64,000 bases of DNA from Squalus acanthias (taxonomy: Eukaryota): contig CM059432.1 of the NCBI GenBank assembly GCA_030390025.1, forward strand, positions 116,004,001-116,068,000, written 5' to 3'. The first letter of the stretch is position 1. Each line of letters opens with the position of its first letter. A program made the translations under genes and the position numbers. The notes under the pieces were generated by a model. It made no database searches. It was given only the letters and a program-made list of their open reading frames with translations, and was not told the DNA's origin. This document shows, in pieces, positions 11,156 to 22,898 of this stretch.

Positions 11156-13019
11156 ATGATTGCACAGAGGCAGAGGGCTGCACCCAGGTTCTCAGATGAC
11201 TCTCTCCATATGCTTGTGGAGGGAGTCAGAGCATGCAGGGAGGTCCTCTTCCCTTCCAATGGGCGGAAGAGACCTCCCCAGCAGATCAAACGAGCCTGGC
11301 TCCAAATAGCAGAGGAGGTCAACAGCAGGGATGTGGTCAGGAGGACCTGGGAGCAGTGCCGGAAACGTTTCAATGATCTCATTAGATCAGGAAAGGTGAG
11401 TGCAAAGCCACACTCAACTTCATCCTGCTGTGCCTCTCATTGAATCCCCATCACTCTGCCTTCCCAACCCTACTCCTGCACAGCCTTACTCACACCAACA
11501 TACCTTGCACCTCCACCCATCCCTCTATCTCTATCTACATTATCACATCCCCAATTGACTAACCATCCCTCACACTCACCCTCATCCTAATGCAATCATA
11601 CCAACTAACAACACACAAGGTGGTCACTTGGCTTTGCCACCTCACTTCCTCATAGTCTCCCTCTAAAGATGTAACCCATCTATTCCTTACACTCATTCCA
11701 TCACTCTCACTCAACCTTCTCTTCTTTCTCTCCTTGCAGGAAAAGAGAGCCCACAATAAGAGGGAGAGGGAGAGATCCAGAGGTGGCACTCCATCCTTCG
11801 CCACCTTAACAGCAGCAAAGGAGGTTGCCTTGGAAGTGTCCGGAATCGCAGAGCAGTTGGAGGTGGGAGATGGAGAGAAGGGGACATCTCAGCAAACTGG
11901 TGACAGAATTACATCTCATACAGCTACATGGCATACAGCAGTCACTCATATGGGGACTGATGTCAGCAGCCAGTGAATGCTCATCACGTGCATAATGCTA
12001 TCTATACCCATTCTTCATATGACATATCTAACTCATCTCTTTACTCTCCCACAGGTCCATCAAGAGCCCCCCCCCCCCCCCACCTCACTGTCCAGGAGAA
12101 AGAGGAAGATGACTCCTCAGAGGAGCCTCCAGACTCTGAGGGCGCAGCGTCCCCAAACATAAGCGCACCCAGCACCAGTGCAGAGATGCACACCTCGGTG
12201 GGTCCCACGCGAGATAGAGTAGTGTTGTCACCTGGTGTGTCACAAGTGAGCAAGAGCAGATGGTGGAGACAGGGTCAGCAGTAGAGACTCCTCACCGGAG
12301 GGCGCAGGACGCTCCCAGCTCTGCTCAGCTGCATCCAGACGCTGAGCCTCGGGGGCCATCCAGAAAGAAGGTGATCCTGGAGCTGCATCAAAAAGTGCAG
12401 AAGGCTCTGACAGGTTTTGTGACCATGATGTCTGCAAATGTGCAGAGAATGGAGGTGTCCATCTCCAACATGAGCACCACCGTGTCACAGGCAATGGCAA
12501 CTGTAGGCTCTTCCATGGATAGGATGGCCACCTGCATGGAGCAGCTAATGCGCCACTCACATGAGCACATGGTCTCTATGGAGAATAGATGGCTATCTAT
12601 GGAGAAAAGATGGCTATCTATGGAGAATAGATGGCTTCTATGGCGAATAGATGGCAGATGCTCATAGACCTCCTGTCTAGGAGGGATGTCAACATAGATG
12701 TGGGTCCTCATGGCCCCATTGCTGTGCAGCAAGGTGCTCTCCAGCTCCTTGCTAGCAGGGAAGTGTGGATGGCCCATGGGAGGGATGATGATGCGAGGGG
12801 ACATGGAAGTGGGGGCTCCTCTCAATGCACTCATACTTCTCCCCCATTGCACCCCCCCGCCCCCCCCAGTCAGAGCCCCAGATGCCTCCCTGGATCGTGA
12901 TGGCCAAGTCTGCCCTTGCACAGTCACAGGGAAGTGAGCAGTCTGCCTCTACCTCTGCTGAAGCCATAGGGGTAGCACCTTGTAGAAGCACGCTTAAGAG
13001 AAAGATGAAACACAATTAG
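11156..13019 (+). pseudogene. Myb/SANT-like gene, exons 11156-11395, 11740-11899, 12055-13019
   Basis: AAPRFSDDSL...WLQIAEEV...RTWEQCRKRFNDL; GT-AG introns in phases 0 and 1; frameshifts in exon 3. Confidence 0.85.
12575..12656 (+). repeat. 21-bp coding tandem repeat (about 4 copies; SMENRWL heptad)
   Basis: tctatggagaatagatggcta units at 12575, 12596, 12617, 12637. Confidence 0.9.
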
Positions 13020-13315
13020 ATGCACAAGGGTAGCCACTTGGGTGTTTAATAAATGTTCATGTAAAGTTTCTGTTACTGTGATGTCACAGATAAAAATATT
13101 TATTTTCACCACTCTCTGGTCATGGCCAAATTTGTGTACACCTTTGGAAGTGGCTTAGTGAGTTGGAGTGAATAGTGAGACATAACGTTACCTCCAGCAA
13201 TGGTGGTCAGTGTGAAAGGAATGGCTTGGTCATTGTAGGGATGTTTATGGTATTGCTGTGAGGTGGTGGGAACCTGGCACAGCATGTGGCAGCCATATGG
13301 GTGTAATGCCTGAAG

Positions 13316-14635
13316 TTAAGTAAATCTGGCCATGATGAGCCCATCCCTGGCCTCCCTGGCAGCAATGTGCTCTGGTGCTGGTGGGATCTGGCCTGCCGGT
13401 TCCTCCAGCTCCTGCTCCTCCTTCTCTGAAGAGGCTGTGCGCTCAGAGCCTTTAACCTCATGCAGTGCTAATCCTTGCTGCTGCGCTATGTTGTGCCGGG
13501 TGCAGCAGACCACGATGATTCTGAAGACCCTGGCTGGTGCATACTGAAGGGCTCCTCCAGATCTGTCAAGGCATCTGAACTGCATTTTCAGCATGCCTAT
13601 TGTCTGCTCTATGCTCTATGACACATCTGGTGGAAATGTGGCTTTCATTATATAAGAACATAAGAACATAAGAAATAGGGGCAGGAGTAGGCCATATGGC
13701 CCCTTGAGCCTGCTCCACCATTCAATAAGATAATGGTTGATCATCGACCTCAACTCCACTTTCCTGCCTGATCTCCATATCCCTTGATTCCCCATGAGTC
13801 CAAAAATCTAACTATCTCAGCCTTGAATATACTCAAAGACTCAGCATTCACAGCCGGAATGTCTGTTTGGAGAAGTGACGAGCTGAGGGAGGGTGGACTG
13901 GCGAAGGATGGAAGTGTTTTGGCAGCTGCCAGGGAATCTGATGCACACATGCATGATGATCTTCCTATGGTGGCAGACCAGCTGCACATTGAGGGAGTGG
14001 AAGTCCTTGCGGTTCACAAAGACTCCTAGGTGATGGTGGGGTGCCCTGATGGCCACACGTGTGCAGTTGATGATGCCCTGCATCTGTGGGAAGCCAGCCA
14101 GAGTGGCAAAGGCCAGCGCCTGCTCAGTAACACTGGCTTCATCAATGGCAAAGTTGATATAATTGGCTGACTTGTCAAAGAGGGCATCGGTGACCTGTGT
14201 GATGCATCTGTGGGCGGCTGACTGTGAGATGTTGCAAATGTCTGCTGCAGATCCCTGGAAGGAACCTGAGGCAAAGAAGTTGAGGTCGCTGATGACTTTG
14301 ACAGCCACTGGTAAGGCATGTCCACCCGCTCCTCTGGGCTGCAATCTGCAAATGTCTGCGATGACCTAGCATGATAGCCTGAGCCTCCTTTGGCACTGCT
14401 GCTCCGTCATGTTGAGGAAGCTCATCCTCTGCCTGTATACCCTGTGTTGAGGATATCACCTCCGGCGCGGTGCAGCCCTGCACTGATGCCCTCTGTACTG
14501 TGGAGCATCAGATGGTTGAGGAGAAGGGTGGTGGTGCTGTTGTTGGTGCTGCTGGTGTCCCTGGTGCTGCTGGAGTTGGGGCTCATCGTGGTCCGATTCT
14601 GAGGACCAAGGTGAGACAGTATAAATGGCACCCAT
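13316..14635 (-). pseudogene. HARBI1-like transposase pseudogene
   Basis: [18 protein letters not shown] and FRCLDRSGGALQY motifs; stops; catalytic motifs altered; interrupted by a CR1 tail. Confidence 0.88.
13653..13853 (-). mobile_element. CR1 3' end inserted in the transposase of element #2
   Basis: FKAEIVRFLDSWGIKGYG*, 3'UTR and (TTCTTATG)n tail. Confidence 0.9.
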
Positions 14636-15231
14636 GCTGATGGAATAGATGGCAGGTCAAGTAGAGATGACAGAAGCAATCTGTCAATGGTGTGATAGGT
14701 TCTACCAATGAGATGACACTGGATGTCGACATTGCTGGAAACACTTGCAACCTCTAGAAAGCTAAATCTAGGCTGACAATGCGGTCAGCAATAGGATCTG
14801 CCTTAGGAAAGTGACCAGCTATCAGGTGAGAGTTTTTATTGTACTTTTCATGCTGTGCACTAATGAGCTGGATTAATGGCCACTCAACTTCCGTCTCAGG
14901 TTCACAGATGGCATGATTCCTGAGCTGCGAGATTCTTGTGCTCATCCATGGAAATTTGAAAGGTAGGGTTAAAAAGACTCTTAAGTGCCTGACAAGTACC
15001 TCATAATGAGTTAAATGAGCTCGGCCGCCTCTGCCGTTCGGGTAGCTGCCGCGCTGGCAAATGCGCCCAAGGGAAAGGTGCGTGGGATGACAGCGGGTTC
15101 CCAACCCGCTCCAACCTATTTCAAATTTCCCACCTGACCCGCCTCCAATCGCACCCACATGGACGCCAGAAAATTCCGGCCTTTATTTCCATGATTTCTT
15201 TCCACTAACATTACATTTCCATTTAACTGCA

Positions 15232-15757
15232 ACAAAAACAACTTGTATTTATATAGCGCCTTTAACATAGTAAAACGTCCCAGGGTGCTTCACAGGAGTG
15301 TTGCAAGACAAAAAATTTGACACCGAGCCACATAAGAAATTAGGGCAGATTACCAAGAGCTTGGTCAAAGAGGTAGGTTTTAAGCAGCATCTTAAATGAG
15401 GAAAAAGAGGTAGAGAGGCGGAGAGGTTTAGGGAGGGAATTCCTGAGCTTAGGGCCTAAGCAGCTGAAGGCAGGGTCACCAATGGTTGAGCGATTAAAAT
15501 CAGGGATGCTCAGGAGGACAGAATTAGAGGAATGCAGAGATCTTGGGGGGCGGGGTGTGGTTGTGGGGCTGGAGGAGATTACAGAGCTAGGGAGGGGCGA
15601 AGCCATGGAGGGATTTGAAAACAAGGATGAGAATTTTAAATTGAGGCGTTGCCTAACCGGGAGCCAATGTAGGTCAGCGAGCACAGGGGTGATGGGTGAA
15701 CGGGACTTGGTGCGAGTTAGGACACGGGCAGCCGAGTTTTGGATGAGCTCAAGTTTA
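15232..15757 (-). mobile_element. L2-clade LINE 3' end
   Basis: QNSAARVLTRTK..HWLPV; tail gcgctatataaatacaagttgttt. Confidence 0.88.
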
Positions 15758-16527
15758 CGTACCAACACCATGACGTGTGGTGCTCCTTCCTGCAGGCCTA
15801 CCCTGTCCTCCACAGCACCCACCCTCTCCCTCAGCTAAGGTTATCGTAGGTCACTGTAGAGTAAGCCGGCAGTGAAGTTTATATGTAAACTATCCATGAG
15901 TGAGTAATTGTAAGGAAAGCTTATAAGAGAGGGAGGGAATTAGTGGAGGGATTGAGACAATAGAGACAATTGCTTTCAGTAGTTTTCCCACAATAGCCTC
16001 TTTCCCTATCAATATGCTGCCTAACTGTCCCATTTAAACATATGAAGGTTAATTCATTAATCAGGCACTCCTGGTTAGGAGTGGCACTCACAGGTAATGC
16101 TGGACAAAAAATTGTGAGCCTTGCGACAGAACTGGCAATCCACAAAATAATAAATCTCCTATTTCTTCCCGACTCATTTCTCACACCTAACCAGTGACCC
16201 TGGAGGCCGCTCAAAAACAGACCCAAGTTTTGATTTTTGTGAGCCCAGGAAAAGTACTCGTGGGCCACAAAAAAATCTCTGGTCCGCTGGCAGTGCTTTC
16301 GAGCCCCTCTCTGGGATTGCCTCCATCCCTCCTCCCAGGCCTGACCTGCCAGCTGGCTCCGTGTGAGAGCGACCGACTCCCTGCCAGATGAGATGCTCGC
16401 CGGCAGCATTTAAATGATGCCCGAAGGCAAATTTAGTTCAGTCCTCCGGCTGGCATGGACAGAGCAGTCGCTCTGCCGACTTTGTGCCCAGTTTGGGAGC
16501 AAGTTGAATTTCTCCTCCTTGGTATTT

Positions 16528-16818
16528 CACACAGAATCACAGAATCCCCACAGTGCAGATAGAGGCCATTTTGGCCCATCGAGCCTGCACCGACACATAT
16601 CCCACCCTATCCCCATAACCCCACGTATTTAATCCCCCCTAACACTAAGGGTCAATTTATCATAGCCAAATCAACCTAACCCGCACATCTTTGGACTGTG
16701 GGAGGAAACCGGAGCACCCGGAGGAAACCCACGCAGACACGGGGAGAATGTGCAAACTCCACACAGACAGTCACCCGAGGCCGGATTCAAACCCGGGTCC
16801 CTGGCGCTGTAAGGCAAC
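16528..16818 (-). mobile_element. HE1-like V-SINE
   Basis: tRNA-like head, V-domain (gtgtggagtttgcacattctccccgtgtctgcgtgggtttcctccggg) and CR1-type (ATTCTGTG)n tail. Confidence 0.8.
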
Positions 16819-18049
16819 ATATTTGAACCTCTATGTCTATCAGTTCATCCATACCGTTCAGCGTCTCTCTATTAAGCGTATACTACATTCCTTGTCTTAT
16901 CTCACATCTTCCTGTTTATATTTTACCACCTTGGTGTTTACCAAATTTCCTACTTTTGTGTCATCAACAAATTTCAAGATTGTGTTTCCTACACCCAAGT
17001 CCAAATCATCTATATATAGCAAGAACAGAAGTAGATCCAGCACTGACCCCTGGGGTACACCACTTTTAACATGTCAACAATTTAAGTAACACCAATATAC
17101 TATTGACTCTTCGCTTCCTGTCCATCAACCAACTTTCTATCTAGGTTGCAAAATTTATTTCTTATACCATACTCCAGAATTTTTCTACCAAGTTTCTTGT
17201 GAGGTACCTTTATCGAGAGCCTTCTGAGAGTCCATACAAACTATACCTAGTGCATTGCATCAATCCAATCGGTTCGTTTCTTCAAAATCTGTATTAAATT
17301 TGTCAAACATGACTTGCTTTGAACAAATCTAGGCTGGCTGTCCTTGATTAACCCATGCTTTTCTGAATGCTCATTAATTTTATCTTAAATTATGGATTCT
17401 AAAAGTTTGCCCGCAACTGACATTAGACTAACTGGTCTATAGTTATCCAATTTATCCTTCTCTCCCTTTTTGAACCAAGGTGTTAAATTGGCTACTGTCC
17501 AGTTCAAAGGCATGATTTACATACTTAATGAGGATTGAAAAACTTTGGCCACAGTCTCTGGTATCTCCTTTATGATTTCTTTCAACAACCTAGGGTGCAT
17601 ACAAGCAGGGTTCGATAACTTCTCCACCATTCCTGTTTGACAGTTATCACTGCTCCATGTCCTCCTCCAGTAAACCTACATTCTCAGTTTCACCATCAAT
17701 GCAAAATACTTATTCAATACTTCCTCCATACCTTGATCTCCCACAATTATACTCCTTATTTCATCCTTGAACAGCCATACCCTCTCTTTTTATCTTTTAC
17801 TTTTTATATACTTATAAAAGCCCTTACTATTTCCTTTGATGTGATCTGCCAGCCTTTTTCATATTTTCCTTTAACCCCTCTGATATCCCTTTAACTTCCT
17901 TACTACACTATCTATATTCCTCAGGATATTCTTTAGTATTGTTAGCCCTAACTTTATCATATCCCTCTTTTTTTAAGTTTCAGTTTAGTTTTAATTTCTC
18001 TATTTATCCATAGAATTAAAAAGCATTCCCCACTTTGATCACATGCATA

Positions 18050-18821
18050 GGGCCGTAATTTGCGGCCCCTACAGGTGCGTACGAGGTGTGTATGCGCCCG
18101 AAGGGGCCGTGCAAGTTCCGGGTTTAGGCATGCGCTGCACATGCGCTGAAACCCAGAACTTGCGATCTGTCAAGAATCTTCTCGACAGATCCAGCGCATC
18201 CTCGAGAAAAGGGCCTCCGCGGGCGGAGAGTTGTGCTATTTGCCCAACTTCTGCCCAGCAAATGCCCGTGAAATTCTTATGCTTGGTAAAAGCATAAGCG
18301 TAAGGCCTGCTTTTACCAGTGTAAGAGTTTTAAAAAACAGAAAAATAAAATGTTATCAATAACTTATACATTTAAAAACCTGTGAAATAAGATAAGGTTA
18401 TTTTTAGCCCCTTTAAAACATGTACTATTATTTTTCAAAAAATTACATTTTTGTTTCAAATATTTAATTAAATGCCATTTTAATTAATTTTAAATATATG
18501 ATGATTTTTTAAAAATTTATTTAAAGTGTAGAAGTATTTTTTGGGGTATTCCCATTCATACTTATGGGGTTTCCGTGCATATGGAATCCCCATAAGCATG
18601 AATGGGAATTCCCTCTGTCATTCGTTGGGCCAGTCCACGTCATCTCAGGGGCGCTCGCAAACCACCTGCACCCTGAGATACGTGGGCCTCTGCCCACGGG
18701 TACCCGAAGAGGCCCAGGACCGTGAGTCTCCGTACCTCCCGGACCACCAGGTAGGTGCGGGTTTTATTTGCAGATTGGAGGCATTTCCCCGCGGGAAGCC
18801 TCCAACCGCAAATTCAGGGCC
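18050..18821. mobile_element. Harbinger-type MITE family B
   Basis: GGGCCGTAATTTGCGG ... CCGCAAATTCAGGGCC; flanks ATA/ATG; homologous to 56089-56799. Confidence 0.85.
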
Positions 18822-18822
18822 A

Positions 18823-19295
18823 TGTAGCATTCGGCGCAGACTGCATGGATTTTGAGCCCTTATTAAAAACTGGACAGGCTGCTTGGGGGTGGGGGGGGGG
18901 GAAGCAGTGAAAAACCACTCAAGCTGGAGATGACTCATTCGTATGGAAACGAACTGTCCTTGGGAACAATGGCCCGAGAGGCCCACTCCCAAGTCTTGAT
19001 TAACAAGGCTGACGACTCATTATTCTGGTCAGGATGAACTCGTTAAGTTAATCGGCAGGAAGATCGAAATGAGATCAAAAACCATTCAAACCTGGAAGGA
19101 AGCTTTAAGACCATTCCCTGAGGCCATGTGTCCATTAAAACCACAGACAGCGGTCTGTGTATTGGAGGGGTATATTTAGAGAGCAGTTTGGATAGCTCTC
19201 TCTCTCTCTCTCTCCTGCCCTTCACACAATGGAACGTCAGGAGGAGCAGAGCCTTGCTCTTCCAACCGAGACGGACTTCGACTAAGACTGGGACT
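18823..19295 (+). mobile_element. 5' LTR (3'-deleted) of env-bearing LTR element
   Basis: Starts TGTAGCA; high-identity direct repeat of 24955-25412. Confidence 0.88.
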
Positions 19296-19964
19296 ATATT
19301 CACAAAGTTAAAGCCCATTCAAAGACAGAGCCCAAGTGGGAGGGCAACCAAAAGACTTTCTGCTTGAAACCCCCCACACAGAGGTTCAGGTGGCTCAAGA
19401 GCCCCATTCCGGAGCCAACCACGGTACACCTCACGGTGAACGACACAGTACAGGACATGCAGCAATACGTAACACGGTTCGGGTATGAAATTCCGCCTCT
19501 GCCCGAACATCTCACAAAATTAATAAAGGAAGTTGAACTCTCCCAAAAGCATTTCTATACCCTCGAGCAATGGAACAGGGAAATGGGGAATGAGATAAAA
19601 GAACTGGGGGGAAAAATTAGGTCGCGCCCCGTTTGGGGCGTAAATATCGTCTGGACGCAAATATTAGCGCCTGGCGCTAATTATCGCCACTGACTGGAAA
19701 CTTCACTTTTACCGCCCCGGGAGGTGAGTGGAGCGCTAAATCAGGTGCTGCACACCGTCTTAAGGCGCAAAGGCCGAGCAGTGAGGCGCTAACTCAGCGC
19801 GCGAGCGCAGCGCAGGTGCTGCCAGTTAGCGAGGGAACACAGACACACTGGCGCCGGCCACTTCTTAAAGGGGGGGGGGCCAACTTGCTCCCCAGCCACA
19901 CCCTGCTCATTGCAGCCTTGAATCTCGGCCTGGAGAGACCTGTGAATCCATTTTGCTGCCAAGG

Positions 19965-21892
19965 ATGGAGAGGGTGAGAGAACGAGCTCAGCGCTTCACC
20001 GAGCGGGCCTTGGATGCTCTGGTTGGCGCGGTGGAGCGCAGAAGATCTATACTCTTCCCTGAGAGTGGCAGGAGGCCTTTGCCACGCGAGTACAGAAGAG
20101 TGTGGAGGGAGGTGGCTCAGAGCGTCTCCTCCAGGAGCATGGTGCCCAGGACCCATGTTCAATGCCGCAAAAGGTTCAACGACCTCACTCGGGTCGTCAG
20201 GGTGAGTGGCTTTTTCTCAATACCTCTCCATCCCTCCATCTCAACCTCACTCTATAGCCAGAGGGTCTTAAAACCCCAATGCACAACACTCATCCAACAC
20301 CTATGGCCCTTTCATGAAACACACACACACATTCCACACTTTGCATACAGTAAGGGCTGTTCACCTATGGGAGGCACATCAGGCAAGACCATGGCTGCAT
20401 ACAGTAAGGGCTATTCACCTATGGGAGGCACATCAGGCAAGACCATGGCTGTATACAGTAAGGGCTATTCACCTATGGGAGGCACATCAGGCAAGACCAT
20501 GGCTGTATACAGTAAGGGCTAGTCACCTATGGGAGGCACATCTGGCAAGACCATGGCTGTATATTTACTCAGATGCTGTCCTTTTTCCTGCAGGCCAAGC
20601 TGGCGCATAATAGGAGACAGCAGCAACGGACAGGTGGAGGGCGGCCTCAGCTGCAACCCCTCAGCGATCTTGAGGAGCGCGTCCACAGGATTGTGGCAAG
20701 CCGGGTGATCGGTCCCGTCGCCACTGGAGACGCCGACCCCGTTCTGGACAGCAATGGTAAGGTCATCACCTTTTTGTCCTCTGTCCTTCCACTTGTCCCT
20801 CACAACACCAGCCTTTGACACTTTCAATCCAACTTGCTAACTCGCTGCACTTATTCCTCCCTTACTGCCACCCTGTCCTCACGCTAAAGCCACTCTTGTA
20901 CCTCCCTGCTTTCAGATGGTGATTCACCAGCTGAGGAGACGGGCCCTGAAGCTGCCAGTGGGAGTGAAGCTGCAGCCGAGGAGGAAGAGGAAGCCGGAGC
21001 ATCAGTGACACCCTCTCCCGAGGAAGCCCATGCCCACACTGGGAACACGCCTTCCCTGGAGGGGAGCAGGGGGGAAGGGTCTGATGAGGGTGAAGCTCCA
21101 GGACCCAGTGGGCTGCAGCAACGCCATGGGGGTAGGGAAGAACGGGGGCCTTCTCCCCAGCGGGAGAGTATGCCAGAGACTCCTACTGCAATGGACGCAG
21201 AGGAGGAGCGGCTGATCGCAGAAATGAACACCCAGGCGGTGGGCATGCACACTGAGCTCATGGGTGCAGTGGGAAGGGTGCCCGAATGCATTGAGTCACT
21301 GGCAAGGAGTGTGGAGCACTTCGCTGTAGCACAGGCGGATGCCACACTAAAGCTTAGTGCTGCAATTCAGTCACTGACTGCCGTGATCCCATCTCTGACT
21401 GCTCTCATGCAGACTCAGATTGAGGGCACGCGAGCACTGACTGCTGCCAACCTCGATGGTTCGTTCACATGTCCCCGGGGCTCTCACCGCGCCGCAGCAG
21501 GCCAGCAATCTGTGCTCCAGCAGATTGCTCCGGATGCTGAAGTGCTGCCCCGTGGGAGTGCCAGTGTGTCGGTCGAGCAGGGAGTTGCTGTCCTCTCTCA
21601 CGATGACAGCATTCCTGCTGCCAACACTGTCACTTCTCCACTGCACTTGCCACCGCCTGTAGGACAGACTGCTGCCGCCCATGCAGAGTTGGTGCAGTCT
21701 GCAGCCGGGCCCTCCAGGCCCAGAACTGGTCGAGGCCGTCCTTCAGGGGTATCTGCAGTGTCAGGGTCTGACGATCAGCAGCCTTCCACCAGCCTTGCTG
21801 CAGCCACTGAGGTCCCATTACGGAGGAGCAGTAGGGTTAGAAGGGGGGAAGTGCGCAAGGGAAGGAGATCACCCTCGAAGGGCAAAAAGTAG
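19965..21892 (+). CDS. Intact 3-exon Myb/SANT-like protein, 458 aa (19965-20201, 20594-20756, 20916-21892)
   Basis: Canonical GT-AG sites; 237+163+977 = 1377 nt open frame; RAQRFTERALDALV...QCRKRFNDL. Confidence 0.88.
20343..20563 (+). repeat. 54-bp minisatellite x4 in intron 1 of the Myb/SANT gene
   Basis: gcatacagtaagggctattcacctatgggaggcacatcaggcaagaccatggct at 20343, 20397, 20451, 20505. Confidence 0.95.
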
Positions 21893-21972
21893 GAGGTGTG
21901 ACAAAATGCTGGTCATTTTTTTATTAAAGGCCGAGGTTCGTGGTCCAACTTTTGTCTAGTGTTTTGGACATA

Positions 21973-22663
21973 GGGCCGAAAATTGATCCCGGGACGCGAG
22001 AGTACGCACTGCATACTCTCGCGTATTCCCACTCCAATTGCCGATTTTCTGCATGCCCTGCGCATGCGCTGAAAACCGGCAATTGCTCTTCCGAAAAGGG
22101 GGCGGGGCTTGAGTGCATCGCGTGCGCGCTACAGGCTGCGCGCACGCTGTGCACTTCATGCTTTGGACGCGCAGGTAAGTAGGGAAGATTTTGGAAATGT
22201 AAAAAGGAGGAGTAAGACCCGCTTTTAAGAAGGTAAGTAGTGAATTAAGTATTTTTTTGAATTTTTATTACAGGTATATCTTTTTTATAGACTTTAAAGA
22301 CAGTAAGTTTATTTTTATACTTTTAAAAGATTTTAAATTTTTTCAAAAATTTAATTTTTATTTAAAATTTAATTTAATTAACTATACTTATTTTATTAAT
22401 GTGATGGGTTTTTTTTTAAATTTAATTGAGGTTTAGCTGTTATTTTGGGGTGTAAGATTCATAAGTCTCACAGCTATGTTGTGAGACTTATGAATGGAAG
22501 ATGGTGTGCTGCCATTGGCTCTAACTGAGTCACGTGATCCCACAGCTCGCACGAATTAACTACGCCGCTGGCACAGCTGATGTCTGGAACATCAATTTCG
22601 TGCGAGCTGGATCAGAAAAAGCATAGCTTACCCAGGGAACAGAGCGAGATCAATTTCTGGGCC
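21973..22663. mobile_element. Harbinger-type MITE family A nested between the two genes of element #3
   Basis: GGGCCGAAAATTGATC ... GATCAATTTCTGGGCC; flanks ATA/ATT. Confidence 0.88.
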
Positions 22664-22898
22664 ATTATCTCCAGGTTGTGAGAACCAGTTATGTTAATGA
22701 CTGTTTTTTTGTGTTTATTTCTATGAGTTTGTCATGAGGAAATGACACACACAGAGTTTGTAAAATAAATAAGTTTTTGTATTCAAAATATACATGTTTG
22801 GTGTTTGGAATCATTGGTGCCTTGGCCGGCTTAGGGGTTGCGTGCTGGGTTCATTGATGTTGTTAGCAATGGCAGAAGCCATTTCCACAGCAGGGGCC

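Larger units (their letters stand above)
10871..15181. mobile_element. Full-length PIF/Harbinger transposon #2 (degenerate, different family)
   Basis: TIR GGCCGGAATTTCCTG / CAGAAAATTCCGGCC; flanks TAT/TTT; two convergent genes. Confidence 0.9.

Noticed and set aside
20343..20563. CRISPR-like array
   Set aside because: Contiguous 54-bp units with no unique spacers, eukaryotic context and no cas genes; it is a minisatellite.
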